Assembly: GCA_001779315.1 (NCBI GenBank)
Contig: MFJU01000006.1
Span: 2,612 to 66,611, forward strand
Origin: Candidatus Gottesmanbacteria bacterium RIFCSPLOWO2_01_FULL_42_22
GTDB lineage: Bacteria > Patescibacteriota > Microgenomatia > 2-02-FULL-39-11
Reading direction: 5' to 3'
DNA length: 64,000 nt
This document shows, piece by piece, positions 35,156 to 44,043 of the stretch. The position numbers and the translations under genes were made by a program. Numbering within the stretch: the stretch's first letter is position 1; the number at the start of each line of letters is the position of its first letter. The notes under the pieces are model-generated. The model did no database searches, had not been told where the DNA came from, and saw only the letters and a program-made list of their open reading frames with translations.

Positions 35156-35719
35156 ATGAAAAAGAAGACAGACAGACAGGCTGAAAAAGTGCTGGTTAAC
35201 CGTATCCTGACAGGGGATGAGGCTGCCCTGAACAGTTTTTATAAGAAATACTATCCGTCCCTTTATACTTTTATCAGTAAAAAAATAAACAGCCGGGAAG
35301 ATATTGAAGAAATCCTGCATGATTCTTTCCTGGCGACGATTGAGGCTTTGAGGGATTTTTCCTTTAAATGCTCACTTTTTACTTTTATTTGCTCAATTGC
35401 CAATCATAAAGTCATTGATTTCTACCGCCGTAAAAAAATCAAAAAGATTGTTTTTTCCAAATTTGAAAGCATTGAGCCTTTATTATCATCCATTTTCGGT
35501 CCGGAAGAAATTTTGGATGAGGAAATCCTCAAGGAAAATATTAAAACTACTTTTAAAAAACTGGCCCCGTCGTATGAAAAAATTCTGAAACTAAAGTACG
35601 TTCACGGCTTTTCCGTTTCGGAAATAGCCGGGAAACTGAATATTACTTTCAAAAGTGCTGAAAGCCAGTTATTCCGTGCCAGAAAAGCTTTTGTTTCCGT
35701 TTATTCTTATGGATCATGA
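35156..35719 (+). CDS. ECF (sigma-70 group 4) RNA polymerase sigma factor
   Basis: GDEAAL, DIEEILHDSF, FTFICSIANHKVIDFYR, GFSVSEIA..SQLFRARK; ATG 35156 preferred over 35069. Confidence 0.9.
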   Translation: MKKKTDRQAEKVLVNRILTGDEAALNSFYKKYYPSLYTFISKKINSREDIEEILHDSFLATIEALRDFSFKCSLFTFICSIANHKVIDFYRRKKIKKIVFSKFESIEPLLSSIFGPEEILDEEILKENIKTTFKKLAPSYEKILKLKYVHGFSVSEIAGKLNITFKSAESQLFRARKAFVSVYSYGS

Positions 35720-35951
35720 CAGAATTTACCGGTCGTTGGTGGCTAAAATGCAGGAGATGGCGGTGGTACCGCCGCAAAGGCTGGGATTGCTTACCCCTTT
35801 CTATAAAAAAGTCGTGCCCGTTTTTAAAACCTCTCCCTTAAAAAGCCTTTTGTTTTTATCAGTGGCCGCTACATTTAGCGCTTTTATACTGTTCGGCTCA
35901 AGGTTGGTCAAACTGGCTTCTATTTTGCAGGCCGGAGCCTTCCATCCATGA
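35709..35951 (+). CDS. Small single-TM protein, candidate anti-sigma factor
   Basis: ATG at 35709 overlaps the sigma stop; 80 aa with C-terminal TM. The role is inferred from position only. Confidence 0.5.
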   Translation: MDHDRIYRSLVAKMQEMAVVPPQRLGLLTPFYKKVVPVFKTSPLKSLLFLSVAATFSAFILFGSRLVKLASILQAGAFHP

Positions 35952-36568
35952 ACTATTTGTACGGCTTGGTCATTTTTATCCGCAATACAATCGGCATAAT
36001 CCGTAATCCGTATTCAACATACAGAAAAATTGCCACTTCGGAAAACTCAAATTTAAACCAGACTTTCTGTCTTTATCTTTTGGTGGTTGCCTATTTTCTG
36101 TTAACCTCCTTAATCAGGATAGGACTGAAAAACCCGTATCTTCTAACCGTCAAATTTAATCTTCTGACAATCGGTAGCGCTTCAGGTTTTTTGCTGATGA
36201 TATTTTTGTTTTATGCTTTGGGCAAGCTTTGGCAGGTACCCTCATTCAAGCTCGACAGGGTAATTGTTCTTTGGACATATTCACTCTGGCCGACTTTATT
36301 ATGGTTTACGGTAACTGCGCTTTTGTACCGTTTAGTACCCCCGCCCAGAACATGGACACTTTCCGGCGGCTCTTTAAGCATAGTTTTTATAACCTATTCG
36401 CTGACATTGCTTTTTTGGAAGCTGATACTGTTTTATTTAACATTGCGTTTTGCCCTCAAGCTGGATTTATTTAAAGGCATTATTTCCGTCTTTCTGATTG
36501 TACCGCCGGTGGCAATTTACAGCCTCATCTGTTATAAAATGGGGATTTTCAGGATACCCTTTATATAA
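35948..36568 (+). CDS. Yip1-like multi-pass membrane protein
   Basis: IIRNPYSTYRKI start, about 5 TMs, YSLWP motif. Confidence 0.65.
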   Translation: MNYLYGLVIFIRNTIGIIRNPYSTYRKIATSENSNLNQTFCLYLLVVAYFLLTSLIRIGLKNPYLLTVKFNLLTIGSASGFLLMIFLFYALGKLWQVPSFKLDRVIVLWTYSLWPTLLWFTVTALLYRLVPPPRTWTLSGGSLSIVFITYSLTLLFWKLILFYLTLRFALKLDLFKGIISVFLIVPPVAIYSLICYKMGIFRIPFI

Positions 36569-36574
36569 TTAATA

Positions 36575-37723
36575 ATGTTTCGCCGATTTAAAAATATTGA
36601 AAGCCGCAGGGGATTTTTTGAGAAAAAAATTAAGCAGCCTCTGTCTGTCTTCAGTTTTTATCCTCCGGGCCTTTCAGAAGCCGAAAAAAGAAACTGCGAG
36701 AATATGATTGGCGCTGTCCAGGTTCCCCTGGGTGTGGCCGGGCCGTTACGGATTAAACGGGCCAAATCCTTTCATGATTATTATCTGCCGCTGGCGACCA
36801 CCGAAGGCGCACTTGTCGCATCTGTGGCGCGCGGCTGTAAAATTATCACGGCTTGCGGAGGTGCTTCTGTATTGACGGAAAATAAAGGCATAACCCGCGG
36901 CAGCGTTTTTATAACCGGCGGTATTTTAGAGAGCCGAAAACTCTCCGATTGGCTGGAAAGACATCTTGAAGAATTTAAATCAGTTGCTTCAGAAACCTCA
37001 GCCCACCTGGAATTGAGCCAAATCTTTAAACGCTATTTCGGTAACAGGCTATTTATCCGCTTTACCTTTGACAGCCAGGACGCCATGGGTATGAATATGG
37101 CGACAATTGCCTCAGAAAAAATCGCCGCAGTGATAACAGCTAAAACCGGTTTTAAATGTCTGGCTATTGCCGCCAATTTTGATACGGACAAGAAGCCTTC
37201 CTATTTGAATTTTATTTTAGGACGGGGAAGGGCAGTTTGGGCGGAGATTGAGCTTGAAGAAAAACTGGTAATGCAAATTCTTAAAACAACGCCTGCCCTT
37301 ATTCATGAAGTAAATATTGAGAAAAACCTTCACGGCAGCATATTGAGTGGTTCTTTGGGATTCAATGCACACTTTGCCAATATCTTAGCTGCCATTTTTT
37401 TGGCCACCGGCCAGGATATTGCCCATGTCAGCGAAGGAAATCTGGGTATAACTTCGACCAAAATCATTAATAAAAGCCTGACGGTCAGTGTCTATCTGCC
37501 GGATTTGCCCATCGGTACCGTCGGCGGAGGGACTTATCTTCCCTCCCAGAGGGCGGCGTTACAAATAATGGGTGTAAATGGCGGAGGGAGAGGTAAAAAA
37601 GCGGCAGAATTAGCTGAAATTATCGGCGGCGCCGTTCTTGCCGGGGAAATATCTTTGTTGGCAGCCATTGCTTCCGGTACCTTAGGTTCGTCGCACCAAC
37701 GTCTGGCCAGAAGCGGCAGGTAA
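36575..37723 (+). CDS. hmgA: Class I (archaeal/eukaryal-type) HMG-CoA reductase
   Basis: CENMIG, PLATTEGALVAS, DAMGMNM, GTVGGGT, GEISLLAA. Confidence 0.95.
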   Translation: MFRRFKNIESRRGFFEKKIKQPLSVFSFYPPGLSEAEKRNCENMIGAVQVPLGVAGPLRIKRAKSFHDYYLPLATTEGALVASVARGCKIITACGGASVLTENKGITRGSVFITGGILESRKLSDWLERHLEEFKSVASETSAHLELSQIFKRYFGNRLFIRFTFDSQDAMGMNMATIASEKIAAVITAKTGFKCLAIAANFDTDKKPSYLNFILGRGRAVWAEIELEEKLVMQILKTTPALIHEVNIEKNLHGSILSGSLGFNAHFANILAAIFLATGQDIAHVSEGNLGITSTKIINKSLTVSVYLPDLPIGTVGGGTYLPSQRAALQIMGVNGGGRGKKAAELAEIIGGAVLAGEISLLAAIASGTLGSSHQRLARSGR

Positions 37724-37741
37724 AAAAGTTAAGGAATTACG

Positions 37742-38776
37742 ATGGATGCAGGAATATTAGGCTACGGACTTTATTTACCGTACTACCGTATAAAAATTAG
37801 TGAAATTGCCCTGATTTGGGGTAAAAATCCCGGGGATATAGAAAGATCATTAGGAATATCGGAAAAGACAGTGGCTTCTTTTGATGAAGATGCCGTTACT
37901 ATGGCCTACCAGGCATCTTTGATGGCTTTAGCTAGGGCAGATATATCCGCAAATTCCATTGAGGCAGTCATGGTCGGTTCGGAAAGCCACCCTTATGCCG
38001 TAAATCCGACATCTACTATTTTGGGAGAATTTTTAGGGGTAAAAAATGCCTACCTGGCCACTGATTTGGAATTTGCCTGTAAAGCCGGGACAACTGCCAT
38101 GATATCCCTCTCAGGGCTTATTTCCGGCAGGATGATTTCGACAGCTTTAGCGGTAGGCTCGGATTGCGCCCAGGCCAAACCCCACGATATTTTGGAATAT
38201 ACAGCTTCCTCAGGCGCCGCAGCCTTTATTCTGGGGAGAAAAGAAAAATCAATTGCGGAAATTCTTGCTGTTACTTCGTATTCTTCCGATACCCCTGATT
38301 TTTGGCGCAGAGACGGAGTCAGGTTTCCTACCCATGGCGGTCGGTTTACGGGAGAACCGGCTTATTTTTCCCATGTGGAGAGTTGCGGAAAGATGCTTTT
38401 GGAAAAGTCCGGTTTTAAGCCTGCCGATTTCCGCTTTTGTGTTTTACATATGCCTAACGGTAAATTTCCCAGAGAGGCAGCTAAAAGATTGGGATTTACC
38501 AAAGAACAATATCGTACCTCAATGATTGTTGAAGAAATAGGTAATCCTTATACAGCTTCCTCGCTCATCGGTTTAGCTGCTGTTTTGGACAAGGCAAAAT
38601 CAGGTGATTTGATATTCCTGGTTTCCTACGGCTCAGGAGCAGGATCTGACGGCTTGATTTTGAGAGTAACTGCCAAAATCAATAAGAAGTCCCGGGAATC
38701 TTCGTTTCAACAGCAAAAATCCGGAAAAAAATATATAAGTTATACGGATTATCTTAAATTCAGGGGAAAAATTTAA
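37742..38776 (+). CDS. HMG-CoA synthase, archaeal type
   Basis: DEDAVTMA, GSESHPYAV, DLEFACKAGT, PDFWRR, RFTGEPAYF, HMPNGKFP, SYGSGAGSD. Confidence 0.93.
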   Translation: MDAGILGYGLYLPYYRIKISEIALIWGKNPGDIERSLGISEKTVASFDEDAVTMAYQASLMALARADISANSIEAVMVGSESHPYAVNPTSTILGEFLGVKNAYLATDLEFACKAGTTAMISLSGLISGRMISTALAVGSDCAQAKPHDILEYTASSGAAAFILGRKEKSIAEILAVTSYSSDTPDFWRRDGVRFPTHGGRFTGEPAYFSHVESCGKMLLEKSGFKPADFRFCVLHMPNGKFPREAAKRLGFTKEQYRTSMIVEEIGNPYTASSLIGLAAVLDKAKSGDLIFLVSYGSGAGSDGLILRVTAKINKKSRESSFQQQKSGKKYISYTDYLKFRGKI

Positions 38777-39919
38777 ATGAAAGACATAAATATCCTGGCC
38801 GGGGCAACCTCAAGTTTCGGTGAATTATGGGGGGTATCTCCGAGAAAATTGGTAAGCGATGTCACCGCTGAAGCTTTGAAGGAGTCTGGGATTAAACGGC
38901 ATGAAATCGAGGCAATATTCGTGGGCAATATGCTTTCTTCCTCATTAGGCAGCCAGGACCATTTGGGAGCTTTTTTCAGCGAAGAATTAGGATTAGATGT
39001 GCCGGCGGTCAAAATTGAAGCAGCTTGCGCTTCAGGCGGCATGGCTGTCCATACGGCCTGTTTGGCTGTTTTATCCGGTCAATATGAAACAGTTTTAGTA
39101 GTCGGTGTCGAGAAGATGACTGATCATAAGCCTGAGGAGGTCGCCTCAGCCCTGATGGCAGCCGGGACGGACGGGGAAAGGGAAGCCGGAGCCACCTTTC
39201 CGACACTTTACGCTTTAATAGCCCGGGCTCATATGGCAAAATACGCTACCACAGAATTACAAATGGCGGCAGTTTCGGTAAAAAATCATTTTCATGCCTC
39301 TTTAAATTCCCACGCCCAATTCAAAAACCCGATAACTGAAGAGATGGTTTTGAAAAGTCCGGTGGTAGCTTCTCCCTTAAAAATCCTGGATTGCTCTCCG
39401 ATTACTGACGGTGCAGCCTCACTTATATTATCCCGCAGGAAATCCGGCGGCAAAAACATAGCCATTACGGCTTCGGAAGCAGCCACGGATTCATTAGGCT
39501 TGGCCCAGCGGGAAAGTTTAACTTCACTGAAAGCAGCTGCCGAGGCAGCCAAAAAAGCCTACCGCTCAGCCGGTATTTTGCCGAATGATATCAATGTAGC
39601 AGAAGTGCATGACTGTTTTTCCATAGCTGAAATCATAGCCATGGAAGATCTGAGTTTTTTCACCAAAGGCACGGCTGCCAAAAATATAGCTAGTGGGATG
39701 ACCAGACTGGGAGGCAAGGGAATCATAGTTAATACCTCAGGCGGGCTCAAAGCAGCAGGACACCCTGTCGGCGCCACAGGAGTGAAACAGGTCGTAGAAA
39801 TTTTACAGCAGCTTAAAGGCATATCCGGCGCCAAACAAGTCTCAGGGGCAAAGATAGGTTTGACTCATAATGTCGGGGGCAGCGGAGCAACCGCGGTAGT
39901 CCATATTTTAAAAAAATAA
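38777..39919 (+). CDS. Acetyl-CoA acetyltransferase (archaeal-type thiolase)
   Basis: EAACASGG, DCSPITDGA, EVHDCF, GHPVGATG, HNVGGSG. Confidence 0.93.
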   Translation: MKDINILAGATSSFGELWGVSPRKLVSDVTAEALKESGIKRHEIEAIFVGNMLSSSLGSQDHLGAFFSEELGLDVPAVKIEAACASGGMAVHTACLAVLSGQYETVLVVGVEKMTDHKPEEVASALMAAGTDGEREAGATFPTLYALIARAHMAKYATTELQMAAVSVKNHFHASLNSHAQFKNPITEEMVLKSPVVASPLKILDCSPITDGAASLILSRRKSGGKNIAITASEAATDSLGLAQRESLTSLKAAAEAAKKAYRSAGILPNDINVAEVHDCFSIAEIIAMEDLSFFTKGTAAKNIASGMTRLGGKGIIVNTSGGLKAAGHPVGATGVKQVVEILQQLKGISGAKQVSGAKIGLTHNVGGSGATAVVHILKK

Positions 39920-39923
39920 ATAT

Positions 39924-40223
39924 ATGATTTCACCGGTAAAAATCTGGCGCAATCAGAAAAAAATCAGGGAAGTATTGAATCAAAGCGGTAAAATTATCAG
40001 TTTTACCCGTGTATTTATGCCGCCGGCCGGTTTTGAAAATCAGGCACCTTATGCAGTTGTTTTAGTCAAACTGGCCTCGGGCCGAAATTATATCGCCCAA
40101 CTGGTTGACTTTGAAGAAAAACATTTGAAAATAGGGCAAAAAGTAATAACGGTTTTAAGAAGGACCAGAAGCCCGAGCGAGGAAGGCATTATACCCTACG
40201 GCGTTAAATTCAAGCCGCTATGA
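39924..40223 (+). CDS. DUF35 OB-fold scaffold protein (thiolase/HMGCS complex), lacking the Zn ribbon
   Basis: KIWR, GKIISFT..PPAGFENQAPY..VKL, GIIPYGVKF; no cysteines. Confidence 0.85.
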   Translation: MISPVKIWRNQKKIREVLNQSGKIISFTRVFMPPAGFENQAPYAVVLVKLASGRNYIAQLVDFEEKHLKIGQKVITVLRRTRSPSEEGIIPYGVKFKPL

Positions 40224-41179
40224 ATTTCTCCACTGTATCAGTCCCCGGTAAAATTTTTCTTATGGGCGAGCATAGTGTTGTTTACGGAAAGCCGGCTATT
40301 CTGTCGGCAATCAACAGGCGGGTTTACGTGCGTGTTGCCATAGCGGATAATGGCAAGCATGAAATTGAGTCCGGGGATAACCAGTTTATCGGCAATGTTC
40401 TTGAACTGACAGCTCTACATCTTAAAATAAAAACTTTGCCTTATTTAAAGGTGATAATTACTTCCCAGCTGAAAAAGGGATACCATTTGGGATCATCGGC
40501 GGCTGTAGCGGCAGCAACCATTGCCGCTGTCTTATATCACCTTAAAAAAATCTGGAATCCGGAACTGGTCAATCAATTAGCCTATTCGGCGGAAAAAGCC
40601 AAACATGGTTTACCATCAGGCGCCGATAATACTGCTTGTGTCTTCGGAGGATTAATCTGGTACCGCAATGAACTGTCATATCTTAAAAGTATCTGGCAGC
40701 TGTCACTCAAATCCGAACTTTTAAATAATTTTTATCTGGTTGATAGCGGAAAAGGGGAAGAATCAACCAAGGACATGGTTGCCATGGTCAAAAAAAGGTA
40801 TTTAGATAACAAGCAATTGTACCAGAGGCTGTTTATATCAAATGAAGAAGCGGTCAGAAATATTGCTGAAAGTTTAAAAAACGGCAATGAAAACGCTCTC
40901 ATTCAGGCCATAAGAAAAGGAAGCTTTACCTTAAAAAAAATGGGAGTTGTCAGCCCCATGGCAGCAGATTTAATTGATACTTTCGAATCTTCAGGAGGCG
41001 CGGCTAAAATCCTGGGAGGAGGGGGCCGGAAAAAATCAGTCGGATATCTCCTTATATATCATAAAGATAAAAAAATCTTAAAGGACATTTCCGCCTCATG
41101 CGGGTTTTCTATTGAAGCAGTTAGGTTAGGTGAAGAAGGTATGAGGCTGGAGAAAGGGACGGGTGATACGAATCAATAA
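40220..41179 (+). CDS. mvk: Mevalonate kinase (GHMP family)
   Basis: PGKIFLMGEHSVVYG, LGSSAA, HGLPSGAD. Confidence 0.8.
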   Translation: MNFSTVSVPGKIFLMGEHSVVYGKPAILSAINRRVYVRVAIADNGKHEIESGDNQFIGNVLELTALHLKIKTLPYLKVIITSQLKKGYHLGSSAAVAAATIAAVLYHLKKIWNPELVNQLAYSAEKAKHGLPSGADNTACVFGGLIWYRNELSYLKSIWQLSLKSELLNNFYLVDSGKGEESTKDMVAMVKKRYLDNKQLYQRLFISNEEAVRNIAESLKNGNENALIQAIRKGSFTLKKMGVVSPMAADLIDTFESSGGAAKILGGGGRKKSVGYLLIYHKDKKILKDISASCGFSIEAVRLGEEGMRLEKGTGDTNQ

Positions 41180-42137
41180 TCAAAGCGTCACTGCCACCCT
41201 ACCTGGAAAACTGATGCTGATAGGTGAACATGCTGCTGTCTACGGTTTTCCGTGTTTGGCAGCTGCTGTTGATAAAAAATTGACAGTTAAATTAAACAAA
41301 AGGACTGATGGCAATATCATTATACGGAGTGATTCTTTTAAAGAAACGCTTCAATCTGATTGGCAAAAAATAACCGGGAAAATAGAACCGGCAGGGCAAT
41401 ATTTAACAGCAGCCTTAAGAACAGTTTCAGCGTTAATATCTGACAAAACCGGAATGGACATGGAAATTAAATCTGGTTTTTCAGGCCGTTACGGTTTAGG
41501 TTCTTCGGCGGCGGTGACGGCAGGCACGATTGCCGGCGTAGCTGCCCTTTTCGGTTTGAATCTGTCAAAAGAAGAGTTATTTAAGCTGGCTTACCGGTCT
41601 ATTTTAACTGTGGCGGAAGACGCCTCAGGCTATGATGCGGCTTCCGTCATTTTTGGCGGAGTGATTTATTATAAAAAAGGGGATAGCAAGCCGGAAAAAA
41701 TAGATGCAAACCCAAATCTTCTAGTCTGTTATTCCGGCAGTAAAGCTGATACGGTAGAAATGGTCAGAATAGTTGCCGGAAAAATGAACAGTCACAGAAA
41801 GGCTGTTTTAAAGATCTTTGAATCAACGGCTGAACTCGTCGAACAGGCACGCCAATCTCTTATCAGTCATCAATATGATATTTTCGGAAAATTAATGAAT
41901 TTCTCCCAGGATTATCTGGAAGATTTGGGTGTGGCAACTCCCAAGCTTAATGAGCTGATTTTAAAAGCCAGAAAAGCCGGAGCCTTGGGAGCCAAAATTT
42001 CCGGTGCCGGAGGCGGGGATTGCCTGATTGCTTTGGTAGATGGCAGAAATAGCCCGAAAGTAGTCCAAGCCTTGATTGAGGCCGGAGGAGAAATCGTTGA
42101 TACTGCTATAACCTCAAAAGGAGTTTCTATAAGTTGA
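41163..42137 (+). CDS. GHMP kinase, probable phosphomevalonate kinase
   Basis: PGKLMLIGEHAAVYG, YGLGSSAA, ASGYD, KISGAGGGDC (PMK-like). Confidence 0.7.
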   Translation: MIRINNQSVTATLPGKLMLIGEHAAVYGFPCLAAAVDKKLTVKLNKRTDGNIIIRSDSFKETLQSDWQKITGKIEPAGQYLTAALRTVSALISDKTGMDMEIKSGFSGRYGLGSSAAVTAGTIAGVAALFGLNLSKEELFKLAYRSILTVAEDASGYDAASVIFGGVIYYKKGDSKPEKIDANPNLLVCYSGSKADTVEMVRIVAGKMNSHRKAVLKIFESTAELVEQARQSLISHQYDIFGKLMNFSQDYLEDLGVATPKLNELILKARKAGALGAKISGAGGGDCLIALVDGRNSPKVVQALIEAGGEIVDTAITSKGVSIS

Positions 42138-42138
42138 T

Positions 42139-43116
42139 ATGAAAAAAACAGCTGTCGCCTGTTCCAATTTAGCCCTGATAAAATATTGGGGTAAAGTTGA
42201 TTTTGAGAAGCGGTTGCCTACCAATGACAGTCTGTCAGTTAATTTGGATAATTTGACAACCACAACTACAGTCGATTTTTCTGCCAGTTATAAAAAAGAT
42301 TTGCTTGAAATAGACGGTATTAGGGCTGCCGGTAGAAAATTTGATCGTGTCAGGCAGCATCTTGACCGGATAAGAAGTTTGGCCGGCAGACAATTATCAG
42401 CCCGGGTTGTCTCCAGGAATAATTTCCCGTCAGCGACCGGTTTATCATCGTCAGCTTCAGGATTTGCCGCTTTAACAAAAGCTGCGGTAGCCGCCCTTGA
42501 ATTAAAATTAACTGAAAAAGAAATGTCGATTATGGCCAGACAGGCTTCCGGTTCTGCCTGCCGCTCAATACCAACGGGTTTTAGCCATTGGCACAAAGGC
42601 CGCAACAGTCAATCTTCATATGCCGAATCGATTTTCCCTGCTTCATATTGGCAGTTAACGGATTTAGTGGCAATTATAAGCCATCAAATAAAATCAGTGC
42701 CGACAAGCATCGCCCAGCAATCAGCATTTACAAGCCCTTTTTTCCGGGAGAGATTGAAAAGAATACCGGATAAAATTAAAGCTCTTTCAATTTATATTAA
42801 AAAAAGGGATTTCCAGTCATTTGGCGAGCTCGTTGAAGCCGAAAGCTTGGAACTTCACTCCATAATGCTAACTTCAAGCCCTTCATATATATATATATAT
42901 CCCGAAACTCTTGAATTGATGCATCAGGTCAAAAGCTGGCGTAAAAAAGGTTTAGATGTTTACTTCAGCCTGAACACAGGACATAATCTCCATGTACTTT
43001 GTCTAAATAAGGACAGGGAAAAAATTTTGGCTTTATTAAAAAAAGCCGGTATCAAAGACATCATCATTAATGGCCCGGGCCAGGGAACTAGACTGACAGA
43101 TAAGCATTTATTCTAA
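42139..43116 (+). CDS. mvaD: Diphosphomevalonate decarboxylase
   Basis: NLALIKYWGK, NNFPSATGLSSSASG, ARQASGSACRS. Confidence 0.92.
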   Translation: MKKTAVACSNLALIKYWGKVDFEKRLPTNDSLSVNLDNLTTTTTVDFSASYKKDLLEIDGIRAAGRKFDRVRQHLDRIRSLAGRQLSARVVSRNNFPSATGLSSSASGFAALTKAAVAALELKLTEKEMSIMARQASGSACRSIPTGFSHWHKGRNSQSSYAESIFPASYWQLTDLVAIISHQIKSVPTSIAQQSAFTSPFFRERLKRIPDKIKALSIYIKKRDFQSFGELVEAESLELHSIMLTSSPSYIYIYPETLELMHQVKSWRKKGLDVYFSLNTGHNLHVLCLNKDREKILALLKKAGIKDIIINGPGQGTRLTDKHLF

Positions 43117-43117
43117 T

Positions 43118-43804
43118 ATGGAGAACAATTTAAAACATATAGCCCTGATCATGGACGGCAACCGCCGCTGGGCGAAAAAACACAATCTTCCTACCCTCGA
43201 AGGCCACAGGCTTGGAGAGGAACGGATTGAACCGCTTGTCGATTGCGCCATTGAGATGGGAATTTCTTATCTGACATTTTGGGCTTTTTCAACGGAAAAC
43301 TGGCATCGGGAAAAAAGGGAAGTCAAATTTTTAATGAAACTCTACCGTACTCTACTGGACCGCAAAGCCGACAGCTTTCATAAAAAAAACGTCAGAATCA
43401 ACTGTATCGGCAACCTGAGTTTATTTTCATCTGATCTTCAGGCAAAAACTAAGCGCTGGATGGAACAAACTAAAAATAATAAATTAATTACCGTCAACCT
43501 GGCATTAAATTACGGTGGCAAAGATGAAATAATCAGGGCAGTCAATAAATGGCAAAAGGAAAATAAGAAGAATCAAGAATTGACAAAGGATATTCTAGCT
43601 GATTATCTTGATTCTGCCGGACAACCTGATCCTGATTTAATAATCAGAACCGGAGGAGAAAAGAGACTGTCCGGATTTTTGATGTGGCAATCGGAATACA
43701 GCGAGTTGTATTTTACCAGGACCTATTGGCCGGATTTTACCCCGCTAAAATTCCGACTGGCCATCGCAGAATATAAAAGAAGGCAAAGACGATTCGGAAA
43801 ATAA
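43118..43804 (+). CDS. uppS: Undecaprenyl-diphosphate synthase (cis-prenyltransferase)
   Basis: HIALIMDGNRRWA, AFSTENW, NYGGKDEI, PDLIIRTGGEKRLSGF, RRFG. Confidence 0.95.
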   Translation: MENNLKHIALIMDGNRRWAKKHNLPTLEGHRLGEERIEPLVDCAIEMGISYLTFWAFSTENWHREKREVKFLMKLYRTLLDRKADSFHKKNVRINCIGNLSLFSSDLQAKTKRWMEQTKNNKLITVNLALNYGGKDEIIRAVNKWQKENKKNQELTKDILADYLDSAGQPDPDLIIRTGGEKRLSGFLMWQSEYSELYFTRTYWPDFTPLKFRLAIAEYKRRQRRFGK

Positions 43805-43836
43805 GTGGTATTCTTAATTCAGGGAGGTGATTTCCA

Positions 43837-44034
43837 ATTAAAAAAAAATATTTATTAATAGCTGTGGTGGGAATAGCACTGATGATTCTGGCGATTATCT
43901 CTTTTACCGCTAAAAAGCCGGCAGAATTGAAACTGCCGGAAAATAACCTGAATCAAAGTCAAACAGATGATCAATCACAAATCCCCAAGGAATATCTGGA
44001 CGCCGTAGCCGGTGAGGGCATGACCGCTGAATGA
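43837..44034 (+). CDS. Small signal-anchored protein with probable ATT start
   Basis: SD GGAGGTGA 43823-43830, 6 nt spacer, ATT AAA AAA AAA TAT...; product (M)KKKYLLIAVVGIALMILAIISFTAKKPAE... (65 aa). Confidence 0.55.
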   Translation: MKKKYLLIAVVGIALMILAIISFTAKKPAELKLPENNLNQSQTDDQSQIPKEYLDAVAGEGMTAE

Positions 44035-44043
44035 CGGTATTTG

